Source: Bacteroidota bacterium (lineage in GTDB: Bacteria > Bacteroidota > Ignavibacteria > UBA10030 > UBA6906). From it: a stretch of 64,000 nt of DNA. Shown one piece after another: positions 1-8,592 of the stretch (position 1 is its first letter; the number at the start of each line of letters is the position of its first letter). The notes under the pieces were generated by a model. That model ran no database searches. It was not told the origin of the DNA and saw only the letters and a program-made list of their open reading frames with translations. Position numbers and translations under genes: made by a program. The stretch covers positions 4,789 through 68,788 of the forward strand of contig DATJPR010000098.1 of NCBI GenBank assembly GCA_035506295.1, written 5' to 3'.

Positions 1-506
1 TTCTTGGGCTTGTCGATCTTCGCCATCGAAACGAACAGCGCCAGGTCTTCCTCGCGTGTCTGCCTAAACATGAACTCGCGGAGCGGGCCCACGCCCTTGT
101 CGTACGCTTCCTGGAACGTGATCTTGTTTGAGAGATAGGGCTGCAGCGCGTCCTGGTTTACCTTGTTCCACGTCGGCGCCATGACAAAAAACGTGAGGAA
201 CATCGCCAGCCCGACCAGGATTTGTGCCGGGGGCACCTGTTGCGTCCCCATGGCCTGTTTCAGGAAATGAAACACCACGATGATCCGGGTGAACGCCGTC
301 GTGAGGATGAGGATCGCCGGCGCAAGCGAAAGGATCGTCATGATGAACAGAATCTGGAGTGTTGTCGCCACCTCCTCCGGTTTCGTGGCTTTGCCGACTT
401 CGACCGACACCTTCGGGAGCGGCAGGACCTTGTCCTGGGCGGCAACGCTGGAAACGGCCGCGACAAGGAGGACCATCAGGAGGAGAATCGCGACCGATCG
501 TTTCAT
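1..506 (-). CDS. fliP: Flagellar export apparatus protein FliP (N-terminal ~168 aa; 3' end lies beyond the window start)
   Basis: Absent from the ORF track because it runs off the window. The reverse complement from ATG at 506 reads MKRSVAILLLMVLLVAAVSSVAAQ (signal peptide) ... TLQILFIMTILSLAPAILILTTAFTRIIVVFHFLKQAMGTQQVPPAQILVGLAMFLTFFVMAPTW, the hallmark FliP core. ATGA overlap with the fliO stop (503-506). Confidence 0.9.
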   Translation of the reverse strand, partial: MKRSVAILLLMVLLVAAVSSVAAQDKVLPLPKVSVEVGKATKPEEVATTLQILFIMTILSLAPAILILTTAFTRIIVVFHFLKQAMGTQQVPPAQILVGLAMFLTFFVMAPTWNKVNQDALQPYLSNKITFQEAYDKGVGPLREFMFRQTREEDLALFVSMAKIDKPK

Positions 507-970
507 TGGCGTTTCCTCGGTCTGTGCGCGGGGCGCTTGTCATTGCCGGGTTCCTGGATGATGGGGTCCGCAACGACGCCGCGATGGAACAATCCCTTGA
601 GGGATTCCTGAAGCTGCCCCGCGAACGCTGAGGAGAACGAGACGGGTTTTTTCGCCGCCCATCCGTGCAGGGCGTCGTCAGCGACGCGCCTGTCCGCCAG
701 CGCGGCAAGACTCTGTTCGTTGTCGATCGTCCCGAGCGTCTGCATTCCCTGCTCGCTCATCCCGACGACGAAGATCGTATCGAGCACTTTGACCACGACG
801 ATCGAGCGCTTGGGGTGCAATGCCCGCTGACCGAGGATCTCCACGGCGACATCGTTGGCTCCGCCGGGGGCTCCGCGATACACGTACTTTTTCAGCAGAT
901 AGACCACGCCGACCATGAGCCCAAGGACCGCGGCAAGGGAAAGCAGTGTTTTGAACAGGATCCATTCCAT
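503..970 (-). CDS. fliO: Flagellar biosynthesis protein FliO
   Basis: 155 aa. One N-terminal TM helix (ILFKTLLSLAAVLGLMVGVVYLL), then VEILGQRALHPKRSIVVVKVLDTIFVVGMSEQGMQTL, typical of FliO. Lies between fliN and fliP with a 4-nt overlap to fliP. Confidence 0.75.
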   Translation of the reverse strand: MEWILFKTLLSLAAVLGLMVGVVYLLKKYVYRGAPGGANDVAVEILGQRALHPKRSIVVVKVLDTIFVVGMSEQGMQTLGTIDNEQSLAALADRRVADDALHGWAAKKPVSFSSAFAGQLQESLKGLFHRGVVADPIIQEPGNDKRPAHRPRKRQ

Positions 971-972
971 CG

Positions 973-1353
973 CTATTTTCCCAGTCCCCGGACACGCTCA
1001 CTGGCATCCACGAGGTTCGTGATCCGGATGCCGAAATGTTTCTCGATGACGACCACTTCCCCTTCCGCCATTTTCTTGCCGTTGATCAGGATGTCCACCG
1101 GCTCACTCGCGAGCTTCTCAAATTCGACGACCGATCCGCGCTGAAGATCCAGAATGTCGCGGATCAGCATGTTCGTCCTGCCAAGCTCGATGGACACCGG
1201 CAGATGCAGATCGAGGAGGATGTCCATCTTCATGTCCTTCTCGCCGCTCTGCGGCGACGAATTCAGCGACTGGAATTGCGCTGTCTGCACTTCCACGGCC
1301 GATGCCGCCGGAGGATTCGCTGTCTGCGGATCTGCTTCCACGGGAGTCTCCAT
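973..1353 (-). CDS. fliN: Flagellar motor switch protein FliN
   Basis: 126 aa. C-terminal SpoA/FliN domain (DILLDLHLPVSIELGRTNMLIRDILDLQRGSVVEFEKLASEPVDILINGKKMAEGEVVVIEKHFGIRI). Directly follows fliM. Confidence 0.9.
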   Translation of the reverse strand: METPVEADPQTANPPAASAVEVQTAQFQSLNSSPQSGEKDMKMDILLDLHLPVSIELGRTNMLIRDILDLQRGSVVEFEKLASEPVDILINGKKMAEGEVVVIEKHFGIRITNLVDASERVRGLGK

Positions 1354-1359
1354 GCTGCC

Positions 1360-2358
1360 TTACTCTCCTTGCTGTACGTCCTGCGTCAAACGCGTGATTT
1401 TCACGGCGACCTTGCCGTTGGACACGCCGGGTCGCCCCAGCAGCCGCGGCTTGCCGCCAACCCACACTTTCACTTCACCGTCGATCGGAATGTTGGTCCG
1501 AACAACGTCGCCGGGTTCGAGATGCAAGAGCTCCCTGAGGGTGAGCGACGTCTCGCCGAGGACCGCGACGGCGCTGAGGTCAGTCGAACCCAGCCGGCGC
1601 ATCATCGCGCGCGTCGACGTCGGGTCGACGGTTCCGGCCGGCACACCGCTGAAGTGCTGGATGTTCATCTTGGCCAGAACATCGTCGAGCGCGAAGGTCG
1701 GGAAGCACACGTTCATCAGGTACTTTTGCGTGCCGATCGACACTTCGAACGACACCACCATGACGATTTCGCTTGCCGGCGCAATCTGTGCAAAATCCCC
1801 CTCCGTCTCATACCGCTCAAGCTTGAAGGTCAGCTCGGCCACGGTCTTCCATGCGCGTTGGATCTCGACCAAGGCCTTCTGAATGATCCCTTTGACGATA
1901 CTCTGTTCGATCTTGGTGATCAGACGGGGATTCTTGTCGCCTTCCGCAACCCCGCCCATCAGATGCTCGACCATCGCAATGATCAGTTGAGGGCTGAACT
2001 CGAGCACCGCGAGCGCATCCGATTCCTGGATCCGGAAGATGTGAAGACAACTCGGGCTGGAGATGGAGAGCACAAACTCCGAGTAGAACAACTGGTCCAC
2101 GGAGGACACCGTGACGGAGACCGTCGTCTGGAGACGCGAGACGAGGTAAGAACCGAATGCCTCCGCGAAACTCTCGTGCACCGCCTGAAACGTCCGGAGC
2201 TGATTCTTCGACATCCGGTGCGGAAGACGGAAGTCGAAGACGACCATTTCTTTGGACTGCTTTTTCTCTTCAGGACCGGGTTCGACCGGAAGCGGCTGGT
2301 CGACGTTAATCCCCGAGAGAAGGCTGTCGATTTCTTGTTGCGAGAGAATCTCTGGCAC
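1360..2358 (-). CDS. fliM: Flagellar motor switch protein FliM
   Basis: 332 aa with a GTG start. N-terminal LSQQEIDSLL motif, central FliM domain, C-terminal SpoA domain (LTLRELLHLEPGDVVRTNIPIDGEVKVWVGGKPRLLGRPGVSNGKVAVKI). Confidence 0.9.
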   Translation of the reverse strand: MPEILSQQEIDSLLSGINVDQPLPVEPGPEEKKQSKEMVVFDFRLPHRMSKNQLRTFQAVHESFAEAFGSYLVSRLQTTVSVTVSSVDQLFYSEFVLSISSPSCLHIFRIQESDALAVLEFSPQLIIAMVEHLMGGVAEGDKNPRLITKIEQSIVKGIIQKALVEIQRAWKTVAELTFKLERYETEGDFAQIAPASEIVMVVSFEVSIGTQKYLMNVCFPTFALDDVLAKMNIQHFSGVPAGTVDPTSTRAMMRRLGSTDLSAVAVLGETSLTLRELLHLEPGDVVRTNIPIDGEVKVWVGGKPRLLGRPGVSNGKVAVKITRLTQDVQQGE

Positions 2359-2367
2359 GGAGCACCG

Positions 2368-2925
2368 CTACTGGATGATGAATTTGCTGAAATACACGTT
2401 GGAGACAGTGCCGGACTTGATGATCTCCGACGCTTTCCCGAGGATTTCACCGCGCAGCTGCTCGCGTTGGGCGACGTTGGCGAGTTCGTCCAGCCCTTTG
2501 GTCGTCAGCACGGAATTCAATGCGTCGCGCACCTGGATTTCCTTTCGCTCCATCTCCTTCGCCGCCTCGACCGTTGAAGTCTCGAAGCCGACCGTGATGA
2601 GGAGGAATCTCGTGCCGTTCGTTCCGGCCGGGTTCACGATGAGATCCTTAACGACGTACATGTGTGAACCCGCGCCTTCGCCGCCTTCCTTCTCGTCCGA
2701 CGCTTCGGCTTCTTTCGAGGATTCCTTCCCCTGGGCCGCATTGCCCGCGCCATTGGCGCCCGATGTCCCTCCGCCGACAAATTTCGTCGCGACAAAGAAC
2801 AGGACAACGATCTGCACCAGGAATACGGGGACGCCGATCATGATGAGTTTCTTGAGAGGAAGCGGCTTCTTTGCTTCCGCGGGCTGCTCTTTTGGCTTCT
2901 CAGTGGGGTTTGGCTCTTTCGCCAT
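2368..2925 (-). CDS. fliL: Flagellar basal-body-associated protein FliL
   Basis: One TM helix (IMIGVPVFLVQIVVLFFVATKFV), then a FliL-type C-terminus (YVVKDLIVNPAGTNGTRFLLITVGFETSTVEAAKEMERKEIQVRDALNSVL...NVYFSKFIIQ). The track ORF starts at GTG 2976. I prefer ATG 2925 (MAKEPNP...). Confidence 0.8.
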   Translation of the reverse strand: MAKEPNPTEKPKEQPAEAKKPLPLKKLIMIGVPVFLVQIVVLFFVATKFVGGGTSGANGAGNAAQGKESSKEAEASDEKEGGEGAGSHMYVVKDLIVNPAGTNGTRFLLITVGFETSTVEAAKEMERKEIQVRDALNSVLTTKGLDELANVAQREQLRGEILGKASEIIKSGTVSNVYFSKFIIQ

Positions 2926-2960
2926 AGGTCCGATCCAGGCTTTTCCAGGAACCACATGGG

Positions 2961-2975
2961 TCAAACCGTGTGCCA
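2961..2975 (-). promoter_or_regulatory. Weak candidate internal sigma-54-like element upstream of fliL
   Basis: The minus strand 2975->2961 reads TGGCACACGGTTTGA. The -24 TGGCAC is exact and the spacing is correct, but the -12 element is TTGA instead of TTGC. It lies ~36 nt upstream of the fliL ATG at 2925, in the 148-nt gap after flbD. Confidence 0.3.
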
Positions 2976-3073
2976 CGGTCGATAGAGCACTTCTCTCAGG
3001 AAATGCGGTTAACGTGCGGAATTACAAGGCTTTTGGGGATGAAAGGGCGGGCAGCGCGTTCTTCTGGTGGTTA

Positions 3074-3277
3074 TTATCGGCCAGATGGTTGCCGTATTGG
3101 TAGGCAGCGCTTCTTGTATTCCATCGCTTTTTCGACGATTTCCTCAGCGCTTTCCTTGACCATGAGCTTCTTGCCCGTCGTCGTCGTCACAAGCGTATCT
3201 GGCGTTTCTTCGATGAATTCGATGAGATCAACGTTCACGATGATCTTCTGTCCCTGGAGGCGCGTAAGCTCAATCAT
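3074..3277 (-). CDS. flbD: Flagellar protein FlbD (SwrD family)
   Basis: 67 aa. MIELTRLQGQKIIVNVDLIEFIEETPDTLVTTTTGKKLMVKESAEEIVEK is the FlbD signature. It occupies the flgE-flbD-fliL slot, as in Bacillus and spirochaetes. Confidence 0.85.
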   Translation of the reverse strand: MIELTRLQGQKIIVNVDLIEFIEETPDTLVTTTTGKKLMVKESAEEIVEKAMEYKKRCLPIRQPSGR

Positions 3278-3316
3278 GGCCGCTCACTTCCGCGAACTGA
3301 TGAATGATGGAAGAAC

Positions 3317-3338
3317 GAGGGGGGCTGAGGCCCCCCTC
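3317..3338 (-). terminator. GC-rich stem-loop just downstream of flgE (attenuator, terminator or mRNA stabiliser)
   Basis: Perfect 9-bp stem GAGGGGGGC / GCCCCCCTC with a 4-nt loop, 15 nt after the flgE stop. On the minus strand it is followed by GTTCTTCC, which is only a partial U-tract. flbD starts 40 nt further on. Confidence 0.5.
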
Positions 3339-3352
3339 CGTTGCTCCTGAAT

Positions 3353-4606
3353 TTACCGGATCAGATTCACCACTTCCTGCAGAATCTGATCGCTCGTGGT
3401 GATGACCCGGGCATTTGCCTGGAATCCTCGCTCTGCGGTGATCATGTTGGTGAACTCCTGCGAGAGGTCGACATTGGATTGCTCAAGGGCATTCGACTGG
3501 ATCGTCGTCGTGCCGCCGGGGTTCACAATGGCGGCGGTTCCCGAGTTGCCGCTTACCGTCCAGTTGTCGTCCCCCACTTTGACCAGCCCGCTCGGGTTGT
3601 TGAACTCAGCAAGCATGATCTGACCGAGTGCTCTTTTCGCCCCGTTCGAGAACGCACCACGAATAATCCCCGAGCTCTCGATCGAGATGGTTTGCAGCGT
3701 CCCGGAAGAGCTTCCATCCTGATTTCTCAGGTTCACGGCTGAATCGCCGCTGGCCTGCGTCAAGCCGGAGAAGTTTCCTGGTACCGTCGCAGAGGGTTTC
3801 CCGAGGTTGAGGGTGAACGAAATATCCGGTGCTCCGGTCCCCGGCGTGACGACGACCGGGTTCCCGGTAACGTTATTCAGGCTGCCATCGGTATTGAATG
3901 TCACGGTTCCCGACGACGCGGTGGTCGCTGGGGCAGGTGCAGTCGCAGTCCACGACCATGCATTGTCTGCCGTCTTCGTGAAGGTGACCTTGACGTTCGT
4001 CTGGTTTCCCAATGAGTCATAGACCAGAATGGAGGTATCGATGGCCGTCCCCACCGCGGCCGAGGCGTCGAGATTTCCCGATAGTTCCGCCGTGGTTGTC
4101 GCCACGGCCGGGCCTTTCGTGTCCGCAGGAATCTGGATGTTCTGCAGCGCCGTCCCGGAGGGAATATTCCCCACTGCATCAGCCAGCTTTCCCTGGACAA
4201 CTGCGCCGGTGCCCGGATTCGTGAGCATGCCGTTTGAATCAAACTGGAAACTGCCGACGCGGGTATACAATTGCTGACCGTTCTGATTCACGATGAAGAA
4301 GGCCGGTCCCGAAAGAGCCAGGTCGGTGCTGACGCCGGTGTTCTGAAAGGCGCCTTGCGTGAACATGGTGTTGATGGAGCTGACCGTCGTTCCCAACCCC
4401 ACCTGCATCGGGTTGGTTCCACCGTTGGTGGTCGTCGGTTGCGTGGCGCCGCGCAGTGTCTGCGCATAGAGCTCGCTGAAGGTTGCCCTGCCGGCTTTGA
4501 ATCCGATAGTGTTGATATTGGCGATGTTGTTTCCGATCACGTCCATCATCGTCTGCTGGCTCATCAGACCGGAAACGCCGGAAAACAGCGAACGTAAGAA
4601 CGACAT
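3353..4606 (-). CDS. flgE: Flagellar hook protein FlgE
   Basis: 417 aa. N-terminal rod/hook motif MSFLRSLFSGVSGLMSQQTMMDVIGNNIANINTIGFK and C-terminal ALEQSNVDLSQEFTNMITAERGFQANARVITTSDQILQEVVNLIR. A GGAGGG Shine-Dalgarno lies 7 nt upstream. Confidence 0.92.
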   Translation of the reverse strand: MSFLRSLFSGVSGLMSQQTMMDVIGNNIANINTIGFKAGRATFSELYAQTLRGATQPTTTNGGTNPMQVGLGTTVSSINTMFTQGAFQNTGVSTDLALSGPAFFIVNQNGQQLYTRVGSFQFDSNGMLTNPGTGAVVQGKLADAVGNIPSGTALQNIQIPADTKGPAVATTTAELSGNLDASAAVGTAIDTSILVYDSLGNQTNVKVTFTKTADNAWSWTATAPAPATTASSGTVTFNTDGSLNNVTGNPVVVTPGTGAPDISFTLNLGKPSATVPGNFSGLTQASGDSAVNLRNQDGSSSGTLQTISIESSGIIRGAFSNGAKRALGQIMLAEFNNPSGLVKVGDDNWTVSGNSGTAAIVNPGGTTTIQSNALEQSNVDLSQEFTNMITAERGFQANARVITTSDQILQEVVNLIR

Positions 4607-4724
4607 GGTGATACCCTCCGTATGTTTGATGTTCTGGTCGAGCTTCTGTCAGTCGGCTCGATCGGAGGGGCTTCCTTGGCTGCCGCGGGATCGGCAAAAG
4701 GACCAGCCCCAACAACGAGAAAAC

Positions 4725-5114
4725 TCATCCCGCTATGACTGCGCTATCAATGTTCGTGAACACGTTGTTTTTCGCCGCAGCCGCATCGACCGCCGTAACG
4801 ACGGTGCGGTTCTTCACGCTTACGATGAACGCCGTGTCACGCAGCAGGATCAACGAATCCTGCGAACCCTTTTCATCGGCCTTCGAGACCGCCTGTTGCA
4901 GGCTGGAGAGATCCGCTTCATTCAGCGTGATGTTCCTCGCCGACAACCGCTCCTGGGCGTGCTTGGAGAATTTGAGTCCCTCAAGCTCGCGTTGCAGCAC
5001 CTTGTCGAAGGCCCGGTCCTCCGGCAGAGGAATCGTCGCACGATTCCCGAGCCCGTCCACCCCCCCGACGGGGAGAAAGGGGACCTTGATGCCGTTGACA
5101 ATTGTGTCGGACAT
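4725..5114 (-). CDS. Small 'flagellar operon protein' found between flgD and flgE (TIGR02530-like, from memory)
   Basis: 129 aa from ATG 5114. The track ORF is extended to 5225 across the flgD 3' end. LKFSKHAQERLSARNITLNEADLSSLQQAVSKADEKGSQDSLILLRDTAFIVSVKNRTVVTAVD...NVFTNIDSAVI matches my recollection of this family, and the position fits. Confidence 0.7.
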   Translation of the reverse strand: MSDTIVNGIKVPFLPVGGVDGLGNRATIPLPEDRAFDKVLQRELEGLKFSKHAQERLSARNITLNEADLSSLQQAVSKADEKGSQDSLILLRDTAFIVSVKNRTVVTAVDAAAAKNNVFTNIDSAVIAG

Positions 5115-5154
5115 GATGTGTGCTCTTCCTCCTGTGGTGTTGTGAGTATTGGTG

Positions 5155-5844
5155 TCAGTCGCCCATAATTTCCAAAACGTCCGAGATCGGCACTTCGGTC
5201 CCGTCGACGACGAAGTACGCTCCATCGGAGCGGAACCGGATGGAGGACACCGTTCCGGTCATGTACGTGGACGCCGTGATCGGGTTCCCCGCCGCGTCCT
5301 GGGCCTCGACGGTGAACGTGTACTTCCCGGCACCCATCTGCGTCCCGACGTCGTTCGTGCCGTCCCAGGTGAAGGAGTTGTCCCCCGAATGCAGGCTGAG
5401 ACCGGTGATCGTCTTGACACGGTTGCCGGAGGCGTCGTAGACCTTTACATCCACCGCGTTGGCGTCGCTGTCGAGCGTGTACCCGAGAGAGATCGACGAC
5501 GTCCCGCTGTATTGCAGGGCATTCGTCGAGGCACGCACGTCTTTGCCCACGAGCGTTGCCGCGAGGGAATTGCCGATCGATTGGTTCATCACCTCTGTGG
5601 CCTGAAGATTCTGCGTGAGCGAATCATTGATATTGGTCAGCTGCTCGAGTGAGCTGAACTGAGCAAGCTGCGCGACAAAGTCCGTCCCCTGAAGCGGATT
5701 CATCGGGTCCTGGTTCTGCAGCTGCGCAACCAGGAGCTTCAGGAAATCATCTTTGCCCATCGAATTGGTCGACGTCGTCGACTGACTCGACGCTGTGGAC
5801 GGCGTCGTTGTTGCGGACTGCACCGTTGAGACATTGGTCGACAT
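5155..5844 (-). CDS. flgD: Flagellar hook capping/assembly protein FlgD
   Basis: 229 aa. [41 protein letters not shown] is the FlgD N-terminal signature. A GGGGAGG Shine-Dalgarno lies upstream. Confidence 0.9.
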   Translation of the reverse strand: MSTNVSTVQSATTTPSTASSQSTTSTNSMGKDDFLKLLVAQLQNQDPMNPLQGTDFVAQLAQFSSLEQLTNINDSLTQNLQATEVMNQSIGNSLAATLVGKDVRASTNALQYSGTSSISLGYTLDSDANAVDVKVYDASGNRVKTITGLSLHSGDNSFTWDGTNDVGTQMGAGKYTFTVEAQDAAGNPITASTYMTGTVSSIRFRSDGAYFVVDGTEVPISDVLEIMGD

Positions 5845-5862
5845 GGAAAATGCCTCCCCTCG

Positions 5863-7590
5863 TTACATGATGACTTCAAGTGTATTGTACCCCAGAGAGC
5901 GTGCCTGGTGGACTTCGTCAAGCACGTCAAGCGAGTCCTGGCGTTTCCCTCCCTTCTGCTTGTATTTGCCGCCGCGCTGCGTCTGCCCGTCCGCGACATT
6001 CGAGGACTGACCGGCGGCTACGACGTCGATCCTCTGGACATCGATCCCCCGATCCTGCAACGCCTGTCGCAGATCGGCAATCTGCGACTCCACCGTTGCT
6101 TTGACCGCAGGTTGTGCAACATCGATCTGGGCCTGGAGATGTCCATCCTCCATCTTCATCTTCACGACGACGTCTCCCAGCGATTCCGGTTTGAGCGACA
6201 CCCGCACTTCCTGGGTCGTATCGGTCACCGTGAGGGTCATTCCCTTGACCACCTGATCCAACACGGCCCGGGAGAGCTCCCGCGGCAACGGTATCGGCAG
6301 CGATACCCGCGGTTCTTTTCCACCTTCCGAAACAACCGGCATCCCGACAGGAGCGCCCGAAGAATTGACGCTGGATCGGGGAAGTGTGAACGTGCTCGAG
6401 CGGTCGGGTTCTGCGGCGGTTCCCGCTTGGGAAGCGGACGATGGCGCCGATTCCTTTTTGCCGCTGCCGTCACTCGACGTCGTCCCGTTCTGGGAAGGTC
6501 GATCCTCCTCAACTCGCGTTGTCGGCTTCTGATCCGCCGGGGCAGTGACAGATTTCGCCTGAAGTGTCGTCTCATGTTGAGCCGGCAGGTGATCCTCGGC
6601 TTGAGACACTGTCGCGACAACCTGTTTCACGTAGGCTTGTTCTGCAGGCCCGGGGACGGACGCCGGACGCGCCGTCTCGTTGGTTTGAGGCGTCTTCGCC
6701 GCAACCGAAATGTCATTGACATCAGATCGCGATTGCACCTTCGGCACAACGACATTCGTTTCCTCTGTTTGAATTTTCGGTGCAGCCTGTCCGAGAACCG
6801 CAGGCTCTTTCGCTGTGCTCCGGGTATCAAGAATGTCGGCAACGGACGGGGCTTTTCCGGGAACCGGTTGTTCTTTTGTCTCTCCCGTCGGCTGCTGGGC
6901 GCCCTTCGTCTGAGCGAGGGGTTTCATCTCCGGAGGTGCAGATTCCATCTGAGGAACGGGGACCAGTGGGAGAGCGATTTCCTTGCCATTCGAGTCGCCC
7001 GTGCCGGCAACGCCCGTTGCCGTCGAAGCCGCCGGTTCCTTTTCATCCTCGTGCACGGCGGAGGTCATGATACTTGCCAATTCCTTCACGGCGTCATCTA
7101 TGGAGGCCGTGACTTGAGCGACCGATTGCGCGAGAACCGTCGCTGTTTTCGCAGCGTCCACGGCGGCGGGAGCACTCTGCACGCCGGGCGTAGCCTGTGG
7201 GGTTCCACCCGTTTGCTGATCTGTCGTCGCAACGGTCGCTGCGTCCGTCACTGCGCTCCCAAGGCTGCTCGCCAGCATGGCTGCAAGATCGATGGATGCC
7301 ACACTGATGGGTTGATGCGCGAAGACCTGCAACACATCTGTGGCATCAGGCTGCTGCGCGTCTTTGTCCTCCTTGATCGCACCATCCTTTCGAACCTCTT
7401 TCCCACCCGCCTTTTTCGCTTCCGGTGCATTCGTTGTCTTCCCCGCCTCGGGCGATTGGACACCGATTGCTGTCTGAAGCGCATTGCGGAATGCGTCGAG
7501 CTGGTCCGTGCCGCCTTGCTGTTCGTTCGACTGTTTCACTTTTGGAGCGGCACCCGGGGCCACTGCAATTGCTGGAAGTTCTTGCGCCAT
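5863..7590 (-). CDS. fliK: Flagellar hook-length control protein FliK
   Basis: C-terminal Flg_hook domain (VRVSLKPESLGDVVVKMKMEDGHLQAQIDVAQPAVKATVESQIADLRQALQDRGIDVQRIDV) after a long Pro/Ala/Thr/Gln-rich region. I prefer ATG 7590 (MAQELPAIAV...) because the track start at 7638 overlaps the upstream gene. Confidence 0.8.
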   Translation of the reverse strand: MAQELPAIAVAPGAAPKVKQSNEQQGGTDQLDAFRNALQTAIGVQSPEAGKTTNAPEAKKAGGKEVRKDGAIKEDKDAQQPDATDVLQVFAHQPISVASIDLAAMLASSLGSAVTDAATVATTDQQTGGTPQATPGVQSAPAAVDAAKTATVLAQSVAQVTASIDDAVKELASIMTSAVHEDEKEPAASTATGVAGTGDSNGKEIALPLVPVPQMESAPPEMKPLAQTKGAQQPTGETKEQPVPGKAPSVADILDTRSTAKEPAVLGQAAPKIQTEETNVVVPKVQSRSDVNDISVAAKTPQTNETARPASVPGPAEQAYVKQVVATVSQAEDHLPAQHETTLQAKSVTAPADQKPTTRVEEDRPSQNGTTSSDGSGKKESAPSSASQAGTAAEPDRSSTFTLPRSSVNSSGAPVGMPVVSEGGKEPRVSLPIPLPRELSRAVLDQVVKGMTLTVTDTTQEVRVSLKPESLGDVVVKMKMEDGHLQAQIDVAQPAVKATVESQIADLRQALQDRGIDVQRIDVVAAGQSSNVADGQTQRGGKYKQKGGKRQDSLDVLDEVHQARSLGYNTLEVIM

Positions 7591-7594
7591 ACGA

Positions 7595-8140
7595 TCACCT
7601 GAATAGTTTCGATGCCCGATCCGGCTGGATCGACGCAATGATTTTGGCTGCTTGCCGTGCCTTCACGTACTTCAACAGCTCCTTGGTTTCCTCGTCGCTG
7701 AGGTTTGCCAGGATCTTTGCGGCGTCCTCCGGAGGCATCGCCTCCAGGAGCTTCGCGCGCGATTTCTGAGTTTTCTCTCTCGTGCTGTCGACTCGCGCCG
7801 CCTGCGGCACGGTCGAATCGCTTTGCGAGACGGCCGGAGCGGTCAGCGCCCTGTCGCGCTCCGCGGCAAGCGCCGCGATCAAGACGTTGATGCTGTCCCG
7901 GAACATGGCGACACTGTCGATCGCCGCCGGTTTCGGCGTCGCAAGCTCTTCCGGTGTCGGTCCAGCGTATTCCCGCAGGTACTTCGGTGCGTGCGCTATG
8001 GCCGTGGAGTCGACAACCGGCGCCATGGTGGCGCTCCCTTTCAGGAGATCCGGCCGCAACATGAGCGTGCCGAACACCACGATCGCCGACAGAATAAAAG
8101 TCGCCGCGATGACCAATATGTAGGGCAGGACGTTTTTCAT
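7595..8140 (-). CDS. MgtE_N-like flagellar protein (YlxF/FlbB slot)
   Basis: 181 aa. N-terminal TM helix, then a C-terminal MgtE_N-like helical region (LLEAMPPEDAAKILANLSDEETKELLKYVKARQAAKIIASIQPDRASKLF). It lies between fliJ and fliK, like B. subtilis ylxF. Confidence 0.65.
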   Translation of the reverse strand: MKNVLPYILVIAATFILSAIVVFGTLMLRPDLLKGSATMAPVVDSTAIAHAPKYLREYAGPTPEELATPKPAAIDSVAMFRDSINVLIAALAAERDRALTAPAVSQSDSTVPQAARVDSTREKTQKSRAKLLEAMPPEDAAKILANLSDEETKELLKYVKARQAAKIIASIQPDRASKLFR

Positions 8141-8141
8141 T

Positions 8142-8576
8142 CTACATGCCTATCTTCATCCGTTGTGCCAGGACGTCGATCACGCGTTGCGCTTTCCTTT
8201 CCTTCTCTTTCTCCGCCTCCTCCTTGCGCTTCGTGTCCAGGCTCTCGACCATTTGCCGGGATTTCGACCGCTCCACGAGCTCGTCGCGTTTGGCGGACTC
8301 CTTGTTCTTCACATCGTCCACCGTTTCACCTTGCTGTTCGATCTGCTTGTTGATGCTCTGGATGAACGCCCTGCTGGTCTGCAGGTCGCCGGCACGCGAT
8401 CGAGTAACCCCCGACGCCTGCGTGAGTGCCGAGTCCTGCGTCTGTTCGAGTTGATCGAGACGCTGTTCTTCCACCTCCCGTTTTTGCGCAATGGCCGCCA
8501 GCTCGCGCTGGGCGTTCTTTTCCTGGACGACTTTGACTTTCAGGACTGTGGAGAGACCGGTTCCTGAAACGTTCAT
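8142..8576 (-). CDS. fliJ: Flagellar export chaperone/stalk protein FliJ
   Basis: 144-aa highly charged coiled-coil protein directly downstream of fliI (LKVKVVQEKNAQRELAAIAQKREVEEQRLDQLEQ...). The call rests on position, size and composition. Confidence 0.75.
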   Translation of the reverse strand: MNVSGTGLSTVLKVKVVQEKNAQRELAAIAQKREVEEQRLDQLEQTQDSALTQASGVTRSRAGDLQTSRAFIQSINKQIEQQGETVDDVKNKESAKRDELVERSKSRQMVESLDTKRKEEAEKEKERKAQRVIDVLAQRMKIGM

Positions 8577-8592
8577 AATGCCGGTTCCTGAA

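Noticed and set aside
64-708. 214-aa minus-strand ORF at the window start
   Set aside because: It is out of frame with, and fully overlapped by, the clearly recognisable fliP (1-506) and fliO (503-970) frames. It is Arg/Pro/Gly-rich with no motif.
1036-2577. 513-aa plus-strand ORF
   Set aside because: Antisense to fliN, fliM and fliL. No motif. The same logic applies to the other plus-strand ORFs, e.g. 12004-13236, 23135-24562, 34922-36160, 47144-48433, 58419-59378 and 62508-63329.
3074-3100. Perfect GCCGATAA (sigma-28 -10 box) overlapping the flbD stop codon
   Set aside because: The corresponding -35 position reads CCAA instead of TAAA. A lone 8-mer is expected about twice by chance in 64 kb on both strands. 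I treat it as coincidental unless TSS data say otherwise.
6974-6988. TGGCAA-N5-TCGC (-24/-12-like) on the minus strand inside fliK
   Set aside because: It is deep within coding sequence, more than 1 kb from the next gene start, and has mismatches in both boxes.
5908-7602. 564-aa plus-strand ORF
   Set aside because: Antisense to fliK. Extremely Arg/Cys/Leu-rich low-complexity sequence.
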